Below, in pieces: positions 1-9,173 of a DNA stretch of 21,391 nt (positions within the stretch are counted from its first letter, which is position 1; every line of letters starts with the position of its first letter). The position numbers and the translations under genes are program-made. The notes below the pieces were generated by a model. That model searched no databases. It saw only the letters and a list, made by a program, of their open reading frames with translations, and was not told the origin of the DNA. The stretch comes from Candidatus Asgardarchaeum abyssi (GTDB lineage: Archaea; Asgardarchaeota; Asgardarchaeia; Asgardarchaeales; Asgardarchaeaceae): contig JBECUL010000038.1 of NCBI GenBank assembly GCA_040225955.1, forward strand, positions 1 through 21,391, read 5' to 3'.

Positions 1-358
1 AGCCGAGGTTTAGAGAGTTTCGTGAGGACATCCGTGAGTCGTTTTACGTTTTTGTGCTGGTTTGGGAGGGAGTTGTCGAGTTTGAGGTTACTGAGGTTAT
101 TACTATTAGTGGGGTTCGTGATATCCCGTACAAGTGTGAGCGTGAGAGCTGGCCGCCGCCGGTGATGATAGCAATATGACTTGTGATTGTGATGTCTACT
201 GGTTATTCTAATATTTGATGCGTACGATGCTTTCACATGACTTTTTGGTGTGTGCGCGGAATATTTTTTATTGGGGAATTTTGAAAATTCATGGAGGATT
301 GAGGCGGATCTTGGTGTCTAGGGAGCGTACTCATTTCGAAAATAGTGCGGAAGTACTG
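1..358 (+). mobile_element. Right end of an IS element (ISH3/IS4-like by its terminus), cut by the window edge
   Basis: G/T-rich segment unlike its flanks. It ends in ...TTTCGAAAATAGTGCGGAAGTACTG (CAGTACTT.. on the minus strand; CAGTAC-type ends are what I recall for the ISH3 family). It interrupts an MFS gene and has a diverged inverted copy at 4047-4347. Confidence 0.7.
3..179 (+). CDS. Partial ORF, probable transposase C-terminus (PRFREFREDIRESFY...ESWPPPVMIAI*)
   Basis: Frame 3 is open from the window edge to TGA at 177-179 inside the repeat. The matching frame in the second copy has a stop and frameshifts. No catalytic motif is visible. Confidence 0.4.
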   Translation, partial: PRFREFREDIRESFYVFVLVWEGVVEFEVTEVITISGVRDIPYKCERESWPPPVMIAI

Positions 359-936
359 ATATTAGGAAGAAACTTATAAACATAAAGTACTATTAAAATG
401 GAAAACAAACCAGCTACGAAGTATAAAAACCTATACGCAACAATAGAAGTAAAAACATAAGTAAGTAAAATACCAATTATGAGATACGAAATTATTGTTG
501 CAATGTGTGGCAAAGCCATGTGATATGCATAAACCTTTTCACGTATATCTTCAGGGTACGCATCTTTTTCATATACTTGGAATGCAACACTGAATGTTAA
601 GCCGGCTCTTTCTATAGTTTCACCGAGAATTATATCACTTGCGGTCTCTGCCTTTGAGAAGACAAAATTAGATACCATGCCGAAACATTCAAGTAAAATT
701 ATTGCATTCCTTGCAGTTATTCTTTTATCAAGTAATCTACCGATAACGGCAGTTGCAAGAGCTGCAAAAAAGGATGACACTGTATATAGAATTCCAACGT
801 TCTCAACATTAAACCTTAACATAAAAAGATAAATTGGAAAAACTGTCCATGTAATTAAAAGCGGTGAGCTTATGGTGTAATAGATGATTAGGTTTTTTGC
901 TTCCCTTGGAAAACTTTGAAATTCGGAGAACCTCAT
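331..936 (-). pseudogene. MFS transporter, N-terminal half only, truncated by the IS at 358
   Basis: About 6 hydrophobic segments with motif-A-like GRLLDKR. Only ~192 native codons, then the frame reads into the IS end (STSALFSK*). MFS proteins normally have 12 TM helices and ~400 aa. Confidence 0.75.
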
Positions 937-1028
937 ATGATCACAACCATGGTAGATTAAACTTTAAGAAAATAACATTTATTGTATCAAAATAATTTAC
1001 AGAAAAGAAAAACAAGATGGTAATTATA

Positions 1029-1661
1029 TCAAAATACCGACGTAGAGATTATCTTATATAACTTTATTAAATCTTCTATTGGTGTGTTACTATAGTCTAT
1101 CCTTAAATTTAGTTCCCATGGCCTAGTGACGTCAAAAATGTCAGTTCTAACAACTAAAATGGCTGCTGCACTGTGCCCACGTCTGTCACCACCTGCTGCC
1201 TTTCCTGCCCTCAAAGCTTCTAATAATCTCATAGGAAATGGCCCTTTCGTGTTCTGGAATGCTACAGCCATATCACGGAGAACAGTTTCATCAGTTAATA
1301 AATTACCCGCTACACAAAAATCTTCTCCAACGATATGATCTGCATACTCTGGACATTCAGGTCCAGTATGCGCAGCAATGTTTCCCTCTGAATTCATAAT
1401 ACATACCTGTCTAAAAGCAGCACTTTCATCTTCTCTTAATAATGTTTGTAAGGCATCTGAAGGATGATATCCTCGTTCTAAAAGCTCTAGGCCTTTTATG
1501 CCATACATAATATTTGTATGTGCTTGCGTAGCAATCACACCAACTCCAGCTTTAGCCCATGGGACTCTTGATCCTACAGCCAATGATTTTGAAGCAACTG
1601 CCACTCCCATAAGTCTGGATCTTTTTTCAATTGCAACTATGGAAAATGTTCCAATTGTCAA
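1029..1661 (-). CDS. DUF1028 family Ntn-hydrolase-like protein
   Basis: TFSIVA...GVAVASK..AVGSRVPWA..GVGVIATQ and AGGDRRG motifs. TTG start at 1661 follows a GGGGTG SD (the ORF track starts at 1691). Confidence 0.88.
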   Translation of the reverse strand: MTIGTFSIVAIEKRSRLMGVAVASKSLAVGSRVPWAKAGVGVIATQAHTNIMYGIKGLELLERGYHPSDALQTLLREDESAAFRQVCIMNSEGNIAAHTGPECPEYADHIVGEDFCVAGNLLTDETVLRDMAVAFQNTKGPFPMRLLEALRAGKAAGGDRRGHSAAAILVVRTDIFDVTRPWELNLRIDYSNTPIEDLIKLYKIISTSVF

Positions 1662-1817
1662 AAGTAACACCCCATAAAATACAAAACTCAAAAATAATAT
1701 AATAATCTAATGGTTCTTTATAGAGAAAATATCTCAAACAATTTTCATAAGTTAATTATGAATGAGAAAGAATATTAAATTATTGGAAAACAAAAAATTA
1801 GCAAGGGAATTCTTACT

Positions 1818-2148
1818 ATGCACGAAAATCAAATGATAGGCGTCTGTGGTTTAAAATGCTATGAATGCTCAGCCTTCTTAATGACTCGAAAAACTGATGA
1901 GAAAATAAAGAATGTAGCAAAAAAGCCAGCTGAAGCTTGGTCTAAGGTATTAAACATAGAAATAAAACCTCAAGAATATTAACCATGATTGTTGTTTATC
2001 AGAGAGTGGTTAACTTTTTAGTTATGTACGAGTTGTGAAGTAAGAAAATGTGGTTTAGGAAAAGAATTCAAAAATAAATAACCTCTCTAGAGTTGTGCTT
2101 GATGCAAGAAACACTCTTGAAGAGATCAAGAAAAATATCCAAATTTAA
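1818..2148 (+). pseudogene. DUF3795-like Cys-rich protein, degraded
   Basis: Fragments across frames: MIGVCGLKCYECSAF...WSKVLNIEIKP / INHDCCLSESG*LFSY / CTSCEVRKCG / DARNTLEEIKK. There are frameshifts, an in-frame stop and an apparent internal deletion. Confidence 0.75.
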
Positions 2149-2168
2149 AATTAAATTCCTTTTAAATG

Positions 2169-2717
2169 TTAAATTATTTCAGCAAGCCTTTTCATGGCCA
2201 AGAATGAAAATATAGCTGATACTGGAGAATCATCAGTGAATATAAGAAATTGGGGTTTGAACATACCATCAAACTTGAATCTTTGCAAAAGACCAGATTT
2301 TTTGATTCTACTGATAAATACTTCATCATGAAAGACTTTCTTAGTAAGCTCAGTATCATTTGTGAAAACTATATAGCTATTATCAAATTTTGTATCTCTT
2401 TCATTTAGCAACATTAATTTATTAGACAATTTTTGAAATACTTGAGGCTTAAGAATATTCTTTCTTATCATTTCAAACCTATATGGTAAGCTTTTTCTTG
2501 AATTTCCAAAAATTTTGGTATAAGTTTGGAAGGACCCTGCTATTCCTAGGAATGTAATCTTCTTAAAATGTTCTAACACTAAATTTTCTATGGGATATTC
2601 CTTCTTAAATAAAATAAAACACGTACTATCTTCAGGATACCCGTATTCAATTTCTTCAATATTATCTTTGAATTTCTTAAGGAATACATTAAAAAAGAAA
2701 CTCTTCTGACTAAGCAT
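2169..2717 (-). CDS. Hypothetical protein, paralogue of the domain in the upstream gene (DUF3137-like)
   Basis: 182-aa ORF with a GGGGG SD. DTKFDNSYIVFTNDTELTKKVF resembles DPQVDERFVICSNNPSIAVTLF in 2739..3983. Confidence 0.65.
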   Translation of the reverse strand: MLSQKSFFFNVFLKKFKDNIEEIEYGYPEDSTCFILFKKEYPIENLVLEHFKKITFLGIAGSFQTYTKIFGNSRKSLPYRFEMIRKNILKPQVFQKLSNKLMLLNERDTKFDNSYIVFTNDTELTKKVFHDEVFISRIKKSGLLQRFKFDGMFKPQFLIFTDDSPVSAIFSFLAMKRLAEII

Positions 2718-2738
2718 ATGTTTCCCCCTAAATATTTA

Positions 2739-3983
2739 CTATAGTATTAACTTCAGGGTCCAAGCAAATTCTTTTATGGCATTAAATGTAAAGTAAATAT
2801 TTTCTACATAAGCCCCGCAGCTTAAGAAGATTTTAATCTGATAGCCAGCATATTCGGCTGTAAACATTCGTAATTCTTTAATTTTCATTATCATTCTTAG
2901 AAACTCATATCTATTTGCTATTTCTTTAACAATCTCTTCCTTATTGGATTCCACTTTAACTGCTTTCTGAAGTTCTGATAGAGGTGGGTATTCCCCTTTT
3001 AACTCCTTTACTTTTTTAATTCGTATTTTTATTGGCTCTTTAACACGTATATGTCTATTTTCTATAGCACTAACATGTATAATGTCATTAATATCATATT
3101 TTATTTGATCTACATCACCAAACCATGGTGTCAAAATTACTTGATTAAAAATGCTTTCGTTGGGGATGTAATCTATTTTTGAGACATACATTCTTAGTCG
3201 TTCAAATTCCTCTTTATATTTCTCCATAGTAGCTCTTACTTGAGTTACGGGTTTTTGTATTTCTTGCGCTGATGGAACCCGAATTTGTTTTTCTAGCAAT
3301 TTTCTTTCTTCTGGTTTGAATTCAAATTTTGGCACTGTGACTGGTTTCTTTTGAATTTCGGGTGCTATTAATGCTAAAAGACGCTCCATAGCATTTATAG
3401 CATTTATTACATCCGAGTATTTATAATCTGTTTCTGCAATTATTTGCACCGATTTTCCTCCTACCACTTTAAAAATCCTTAATTTACTAATCCGTAACAT
3501 ATACTCTTTAAAAATCGGATCCTTAAACAGTGTAACGGCGATAGAGGGATTATTGCTACATATAACAAAACGTTCATCAACTTGAGGATCTCCTATTCTG
3601 ATATCTTCTGCATTGAATATCTTTTTTAAAAGCCAACTAGTAATGCCCTCAGATCTAACTTCTAAAGAAAAGTCTGTACCTGGTTCACTAAATCCTATAA
3701 CCCGCGCGTAGTAACGACTATATTTTCCACTACTTACTACAAATAATGAAACATCGACCCTCTCAAGTTCCATTTCTGGTTTAAAGAGTATTGTTAGGCT
3801 AGGGGGTTTAAGAATAGAACCTCTATCATACTGAATTTTTAAGGCTGAATTCAAAAAATTGGCTTTTATTGTACTAAAAAATCGTTCTTTCTTTTGCTCA
3901 GAGAGAGCTAAAACTAACACAAGAAACATGAAAAAGATTAGAAATATTAGAGAAAAAAATCCAAATATCTGCAACATTAGCAC
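2739..3983 (-). CDS. Membrane-anchored hypothetical protein with two DUF3137-like domains
   Basis: 414-aa ORF with an N-terminal TM helix, a DIRIGDPQVDERFVI motif and a Pro/Lys/Glu-rich linker. Start may be the ATG at 3977. Confidence 0.7.
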   Translation of the reverse strand: MLMLQIFGFFSLIFLIFFMFLVLVLALSEQKKERFFSTIKANFLNSALKIQYDRGSILKPPSLTILFKPEMELERVDVSLFVVSSGKYSRYYARVIGFSEPGTDFSLEVRSEGITSWLLKKIFNAEDIRIGDPQVDERFVICSNNPSIAVTLFKDPIFKEYMLRISKLRIFKVVGGKSVQIIAETDYKYSDVINAINAMERLLALIAPEIQKKPVTVPKFEFKPEERKLLEKQIRVPSAQEIQKPVTQVRATMEKYKEEFERLRMYVSKIDYIPNESIFNQVILTPWFGDVDQIKYDINDIIHVSAIENRHIRVKEPIKIRIKKVKELKGEYPPLSELQKAVKVESNKEEIVKEIANRYEFLRMIMKIKELRMFTAEYAGYQIKIFLSCGAYVENIYFTFNAIKEFAWTLKLIL

Positions 3984-4046
3984 CCATTAAATAGTAATTT
4001 CATGATATTTTATTATCATAAGTAAAATAAAATTTATGATTACTAT

Positions 4047-4347
4047 CAGTACTTTCGCATTGTTTTCGAAACGTATACGCTCCCTAGGCACAAAGATTTG
4101 CTGGTCCTCATGAAATTTCGAAACCCCCAATAAAAAGTATCTCACACACATCAAAACATGTGAAAACATCATGTGCATAAAAAATTAGAATAACCGGTAG
4201 ACAATCGCCGTTACAAGTCATATTGCTATCCCACTGGCGACACCCAACTCTCATGCTCATGCTTGTACGAGATATCACGAATCCACTAATAATAACCTCA
4301 GTAACCTCAAACTAGACTAGCCCTCCCAAATTAACACAAAACGCAAA
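4047..4347 (-). mobile_element. Degenerate inverted copy of the IS end at ~45-358
   Basis: The reverse complement aligns collinearly, e.g. AGTTTGAGGTTACTGAGGTTATTA, GATAGCAATATGACTTGT, GGTTATTCTAAT, CTAGGGAGCGTA and terminal AAGTACTG, with many substitutions and small indels. Confidence 0.85.
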
Positions 4348-4458
4348 TCAGCTACCTACATGACAAATATACTCAGCGATCGCTATTAATAAACCATTTA
4401 TAAATCAACATATGCCTTCATAAAGCCACTGCTAGAGTTAGAAATAGAAATTCAAGAT

Positions 4459-5838
4459 TTAGGATATAATATGTAGGCCCCTAACACGAATAAATGACCC
4501 ACCATCACTAATAGGATGACCCTTTTCTAACCCGGGACGTAAATTAAATTGCTTACCCACAGCGTCAATATTCATAAGAATCTTTTCTGCTCTAGCAGCA
4601 AGTTTTAAGTTATATATTGGTCGTTTTATTTCTCCTTTCTCAACTAGGTATGCTATTTCTGGTTCTATTATAATTAGGTCGTTTCTTAACTCAGCTCTCA
4701 TAAGACCCTCAACATATAAACCTTCACGCATATCACTCAGCATTTCCTCAAATTTCCAATCTTGAGGGACTATATACAAGTTGCTCATTAAAGCTCTTGG
4801 TTGATGCACTAGTCCCCTAGCAGACCCATTTGGAGGTTCATTAAAATAGGCTGCAGAAAGACGGGTATGTAATAGTTCTACAACACGTCCATCTTGGATT
4901 AGTATCTTTCTTCTCCCTCTTACACCTTCGTCATCAAAGAAATAGGAGCCGTACCCACCTATGATTGTAGGATCATCAATGATTTCTAATTCCTGATTTG
5001 CGATTTTACTACCCTTAATGGATAGTGCATACCCACCCTTTTCTATTAATCTATCTGCCTCAAGGGTATGTCCAACTGCTTCGTGAATCAAAGCTCCAGC
5101 GACTTCATAGTTTAATACAGCATTTATTTGTTTTCCACTTACTATAGGATTTATCCTTCCAGCATTGATTAACTGATATGCTCTGAATAGAACAGTACCA
5201 ACCATTTCCTCAAGTTTTTTTGAGTTCATAATTTCAAGCCCTGACGTAAAGCCAATAATGCCACTTGCTGTTAGAAGACGCCTTCCAAAACTTTTTGTGA
5301 CTACATAAAACGTAAAATCGGTGGTAGGTTTAACTTCAGTGATATCAATACCATCACTAGTGATAATATGTCTTTTTTGCTTTTTATAAGTAAGGATCTC
5401 TTCTGACCATGCAAACCTTGACTTTAGTCTATCTAGAGCATTCTCCTTAATACTATAGAGTGTGTCTATAATGTTTCCAATATCTGCTTTTTCTGGCGGC
5501 AATTTTTCATTATGTTTATAAACACCAGATGATATCTCACATTCAGCTAAATGCATTATTCCTTTATAAGCCTTTGCTGGCAATGCCTTTTTTGATAACT
5601 TTATAGCTCTATTGAGAGCGCTCTCTATACCTTCACTTTTCATATCACTTGTAACAATTATCCCCCATCCATTTTTTGAAAAAACTCTTATAACAACATA
5701 TGAGAAAGTATCTGATACTTCTTCAATAGATTCAACCCTTAGAGCAAGTGTGTAATTTTTTTCGGTTACACTTATTATGTCAATATGTTGTATGTCAGTT
5801 GAGGAGTATTTTTCGAGCAGGTGAGCATATTTATCCAT
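4459..5838 (-). CDS. tldD: TldD/PmbA family metalloprotease (TldD-like)
   Basis: LIHEAVGHTLEAD metal motif, DDPT...GSYFFDDEGV, GSARG, MSNLYI. GGGTGAG SD. Confidence 0.88.
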   Translation of the reverse strand: MDKYAHLLEKYSSTDIQHIDIISVTEKNYTLALRVESIEEVSDTFSYVVIRVFSKNGWGIIVTSDMKSEGIESALNRAIKLSKKALPAKAYKGIMHLAECEISSGVYKHNEKLPPEKADIGNIIDTLYSIKENALDRLKSRFAWSEEILTYKKQKRHIITSDGIDITEVKPTTDFTFYVVTKSFGRRLLTASGIIGFTSGLEIMNSKKLEEMVGTVLFRAYQLINAGRINPIVSGKQINAVLNYEVAGALIHEAVGHTLEADRLIEKGGYALSIKGSKIANQELEIIDDPTIIGGYGSYFFDDEGVRGRRKILIQDGRVVELLHTRLSAAYFNEPPNGSARGLVHQPRALMSNLYIVPQDWKFEEMLSDMREGLYVEGLMRAELRNDLIIIEPEIAYLVEKGEIKRPIYNLKLAARAEKILMNIDAVGKQFNLRPGLEKGHPISDGGSFIRVRGLHIIS

Positions 5839-6035
5839 TAAGAACTCACCCGCTCATCCTCTAGATATAGGATACTAGGAAGTTATTTAAAGATATCTCA
5901 CAAAACGAAATATAGTAAGATTAAAATTATAAATAGTTAGGAATGTTTTAATTGCATAAAAGAATTAATTAGTTAAGTTAAGAAATTTAAGAATGTGAAC
6001 ATAAGATGAGAAGTCACAGATCAAGGAAGAGAGGA

Positions 6036-6383
6036 ATGAAATTTAGAAAAAGCGTTGTTGTTTACCTTTTAAAAAGCAATCCAGAGGAAACAGTAGACGA
6101 CGAAAGTAAGGTTATTAATTTATATGAATTTAGTGTTATGAATGACTTTAGAATTTTTGATACAATAGTAGATAATTACGATAATGAGCTAGCCGGTCTT
6201 ACGAGAATTAGAAGATTAATTAAGAGAGGAGAAATAAATGGGATTGTTTGTTCACAAAAGGATTCAGAAAAAATAAATACTGTTCTAGAAAGCCTTAGCA
6301 GCGAGGATAATGAAATTATTAAACGCCTTTTAATTCCAGTCAATATAGTTAAATTTTCACAAGGGAGTAAAAAAGGAAAATAA
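6036..6383 (+). CDS. Hypothetical protein with a degenerate serine-recombinase (resolvase) catalytic-domain-like pattern
   Basis: VVVYLLKS...LYEFS..NDFRIFDTIVD....LAGLTRIRRLIKRGEINGIVC follows the resolvase N-terminal pattern but lacks the conserved Arg residues. ATG 6036 follows GAGAGGA; an alternative start is 6006. Confidence 0.5.
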   Translation: MKFRKSVVVYLLKSNPEETVDDESKVINLYEFSVMNDFRIFDTIVDNYDNELAGLTRIRRLIKRGEINGIVCSQKDSEKINTVLESLSSEDNEIIKRLLIPVNIVKFSQGSKKGK

Positions 6384-6844
6384 GTATTTAACAGGCTAAT
6401 TTTTCATTAAAACATCTTTTCTTCCCGAATCCAAAATATAAACTAAATAACTGGTCCCAAGCATCCTTTTAGCGAAGATCAGAAAATTTTGATAAAAATA
6501 CTAGTCCGCACAAATAAAGCCTTACTGTATCCTATTCAAAACGGATAAATCGTTCAGCTCAAAAATTATATGCCATGGAAATTGTATTGTTTGTCCATTA
6601 AATATCACCTAACCATCGGACATTGAGATAACAAGAGAAAAGAAAATATGGGAAGACCCATCAGAGATTAGACATTTTATTAAGATATAAGCTAATATAA
6701 AATTTAGATGATTACTCATTCACACCTTATAGCATTCAATGTAAAGATAGAGGAATAACTTAGTAAAATTTTTATAATAAATAAATATTTATGTTAAATT
6801 TATATTTATATTTATTAATGATATGCCGCTGGGGACCTAATGAA

Positions 6845-7516
6845 ATGTCATATCCAGCTTTTTTAAAAGGAAAAAATATAGATTATGTGATAGATAATAT
6901 TCTATTCTCTCTTAGGAGAGAAAAGAAGAATGTTGAGTTGTTGTTAAAGCTTGCTACTCTATACTCCGTAAAAAATCTACATGAGAATTCAAAGAAAACA
7001 TTCTCAAAAGCAATTGAAATTGATAATGAGCATGTTAAAAAGTTAGCACCAAAAATTTTAGGTAAAGTGTATTCAGCATGGAGAAATTTAGGTGTTGCAT
7101 ATCTTGAAAAAGATAAATTTGAAGATGCAAATGCTTGCTTTGAAACGGCACTTACTATAAATCCAGATTCTGTAAATGACTGGCATTTCTATGCAAAGTC
7201 ATATGAACGCCTTAAAAAATTCAATAAAGCTGTGAAGGCCTATGAAAAAGCGATTAGACGAGGAAGTGATTTGCTGGTCAGTATGCTTAAGATGGCGAAT
7301 ATATATGAAGATCAGGGAAATTATGAGTTGTCACAAAAAATGTATAGTGACTCATTAGAGATTTTAAATGTAATGGCTAACTCATGGGATAGTCTTAGGA
7401 GAATATATAGTGAATTAGGGTTTGAAAAGCAAGAGAGTATCGCTAAGTTAAAAAGCTTGGAAATCATAAAAACAAAGGAGAAAATAAGTGCAAAGTTGCA
7501 AATCTCTAAGCAATAA
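6845..7516 (+). CDS. Tetratricopeptide repeat protein
   Basis: AWRNLGVAYLEKDKFEDANACFETALTINP plus adjacent 34-aa helical repeats. Start moved from 6791 to the ATG after GGGGAC. Confidence 0.88.
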   Translation: MSYPAFLKGKNIDYVIDNILFSLRREKKNVELLLKLATLYSVKNLHENSKKTFSKAIEIDNEHVKKLAPKILGKVYSAWRNLGVAYLEKDKFEDANACFETALTINPDSVNDWHFYAKSYERLKKFNKAVKAYEKAIRRGSDLLVSMLKMANIYEDQGNYELSQKMYSDSLEILNVMANSWDSLRRIYSELGFEKQESIAKLKSLEIIKTKEKISAKLQISKQ

Positions 7517-7595
7517 ATTAGATAGATATTTAAAGATTGAATACTTAGTCTCTAAGTAACAATTAAAGAATACACTATTGTAGGTAGTGATCTAC

Positions 7596-8297
7596 ATGGT
7601 TATTAAGGGAGTTGCTTTTGACTTTGATGGGACTCTTATTGATAGTTATTCTTGTATTCCCGATGTTTATAATAAACTCCTTGATATTTTTGATCTAGAT
7701 GAGAGAACCAAACGATTGCTCATTCAAACGTTTATTCTTAGAGAAGACGTTTATGATTGGGAAAATGTAATTGAATATAAAAAGAGAATATTAATGTTTA
7801 AAAATACTCTACTAAAGGCGGGTATCTTATTGGATGATGATAGTTTAAAGGGACTTTTTGATAGATATTGGGAACTAAGAATATCTTTTTCTAAACCGAG
7901 AAAAGAGGTAAAAGAGGTTTTAATGGAACTAAAGAAACTTGGGTTGGCATTAGCGATAATTTCTGGTAAGGATGAAATAATAGGACTTAAAAAATTAAGA
8001 ATTAAGAAAAGCAATCTAATGAGGTTTTTTGATAGAATTTACGTGATAGAAGAGGAAATCAATAGCAAATATGATGGCATTATTAAGTTTGCGAGAGACA
8101 TATCTGCCAATCCAAATGAAATAGTCTACGTGGATGATCAACCAAGGTGTATAATTGAGGCAAAAAGAGCCAATGCTATTGCTGTTCAAATAAAATTTGA
8201 TAATTTATTAAAATTGTCTTGGAGTCATGACGCCAATCCAGATTATGTTGCAAGCGATCTTAAGGATGCTCTAGCATTCATTAAATCAAAATTATAG
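7596..8297 (+). CDS. HAD-superfamily hydrolase (phosphatase)
   Basis: Motif I FDFDGTLID, motif II IISG, motif IV YVDD. Confidence 0.9.
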   Translation: MVIKGVAFDFDGTLIDSYSCIPDVYNKLLDIFDLDERTKRLLIQTFILREDVYDWENVIEYKKRILMFKNTLLKAGILLDDDSLKGLFDRYWELRISFSKPRKEVKEVLMELKKLGLALAIISGKDEIIGLKKLRIKKSNLMRFFDRIYVIEEEINSKYDGIIKFARDISANPNEIVYVDDQPRCIIEAKRANAIAVQIKFDNLLKLSWSHDANPDYVASDLKDALAFIKSKL

Positions 8298-8306
8298 GGA
8301 CGAAAA

Positions 8307-9173
8307 ATGCTTATCGCTATTGAATGTATACCTTGTATACTGAATCAAGCAATAAGAGTTAGTTATGTTGCCACGGACAATTATCTAATTCGGGAAAGAA
8401 TAATACGTGAAATTTTAGGAAAGCTCCAAAAGGAAGATTGGAAAATCACACCTATGCAACTTGCATATAAGTGTTTTAAACACGCTAAAACTATTCTAAA
8501 CAAGGATGATCCATATGCTAAAATTAAGAAAGAACACAACAAAATAGCGAAGAACTATCTTAATAAAATATTTAATTTAATGAAGGAATCGAAAAAACCG
8601 CTGAGGATCGCAACTAATTCTGCAATAGCAGGTAATATTATTGACTTTGGTCCTTCAATAAGTTTCGAGATAGATAAAATAATCCATGAAATTCATAAAC
8701 TCTCTTTTGCGATAGATCACTTTAATATATTTGAGAAAAAGATAAATACTGCTAAAACGATAGCTTATTTGCTTGATAATGCAGGAGAAGTCATATTTGA
8801 CATCCCGCTACTACGTTTTTTAAAAGAAAATAATAAGGAAGTAACGATTTTTGCGAGATCTGAGCCTGTGGCTAATGACGTTACCGTAAATGATGCAATA
8901 GAGCTAGGACTAGATAGATTTGGGAAAATTAGGGGAATGAAACTATTACCCAACTCTAATGGTAAAGGAATATATGTTGGCAATTTAGAAAAAACACTTA
9001 GGAATTTTGATTTAGTAATCAGTAAGGGGCAAGGGAATTTTGAATTATTTGATGAAGCTGATGCGGATATCTTTTTTCTGCTAAGGATAAAATGTATTCC
9101 AATAGCTAAGAGACTAAAAAGCGAGGTAGGAAAAGTTATTTTGGGTTATAATAGACAACTATTTCTTAGTTAA
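8307..9173 (+). CDS. DUF89/ARMT1-like damage-control phosphatase
   Basis: ECIPC, AGNIIDFG, LLDNAGE, NDVT, SKGQGNFE and KC motifs. Confidence 0.9.
   Translation: MLIAIECIPCILNQAIRVSYVATDNYLIRERIIREILGKLQKEDWKITPMQLAYKCFKHAKTILNKDDPYAKIKKEHNKIAKNYLNKIFNLMKESKKPLRIATNSAIAGNIIDFGPSISFEIDKIIHEIHKLSFAIDHFNIFEKKINTAKTIAYLLDNAGEVIFDIPLLRFLKENNKEVTIFARSEPVANDVTVNDAIELGLDRFGKIRGMKLLPNSNGKGIYVGNLEKTLRNFDLVISKGQGNFELFDEADADIFFLLRIKCIPIAKRLKSEVGKVILGYNRQLFLS

Noticed and set aside
3987-4178. 63-aa ORF on the minus strand
   Set aside because: Lies mostly in the non-coding part of the IS relic and has no recognisable protein features.
45-4347. Several CG-to-TG/CA differences between the two IS copies, hinting at methylation-driven decay
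   Set aside because: Many non-CpG changes also occur, changes go both ways, and two copies are too few to test enrichment.
4415-4435. AAAGCCACTG as a possible second terminus making the relic a MITE
   Set aside because: Poor match to the terminus and no exact target duplication.
6384-6790. 400-bp intergenic region with SD-ATG pairs on the minus strand (36-aa and 10-aa ORFs)
   Set aside because: No recognisable family or structure; could be a decayed gene but cannot be supported.
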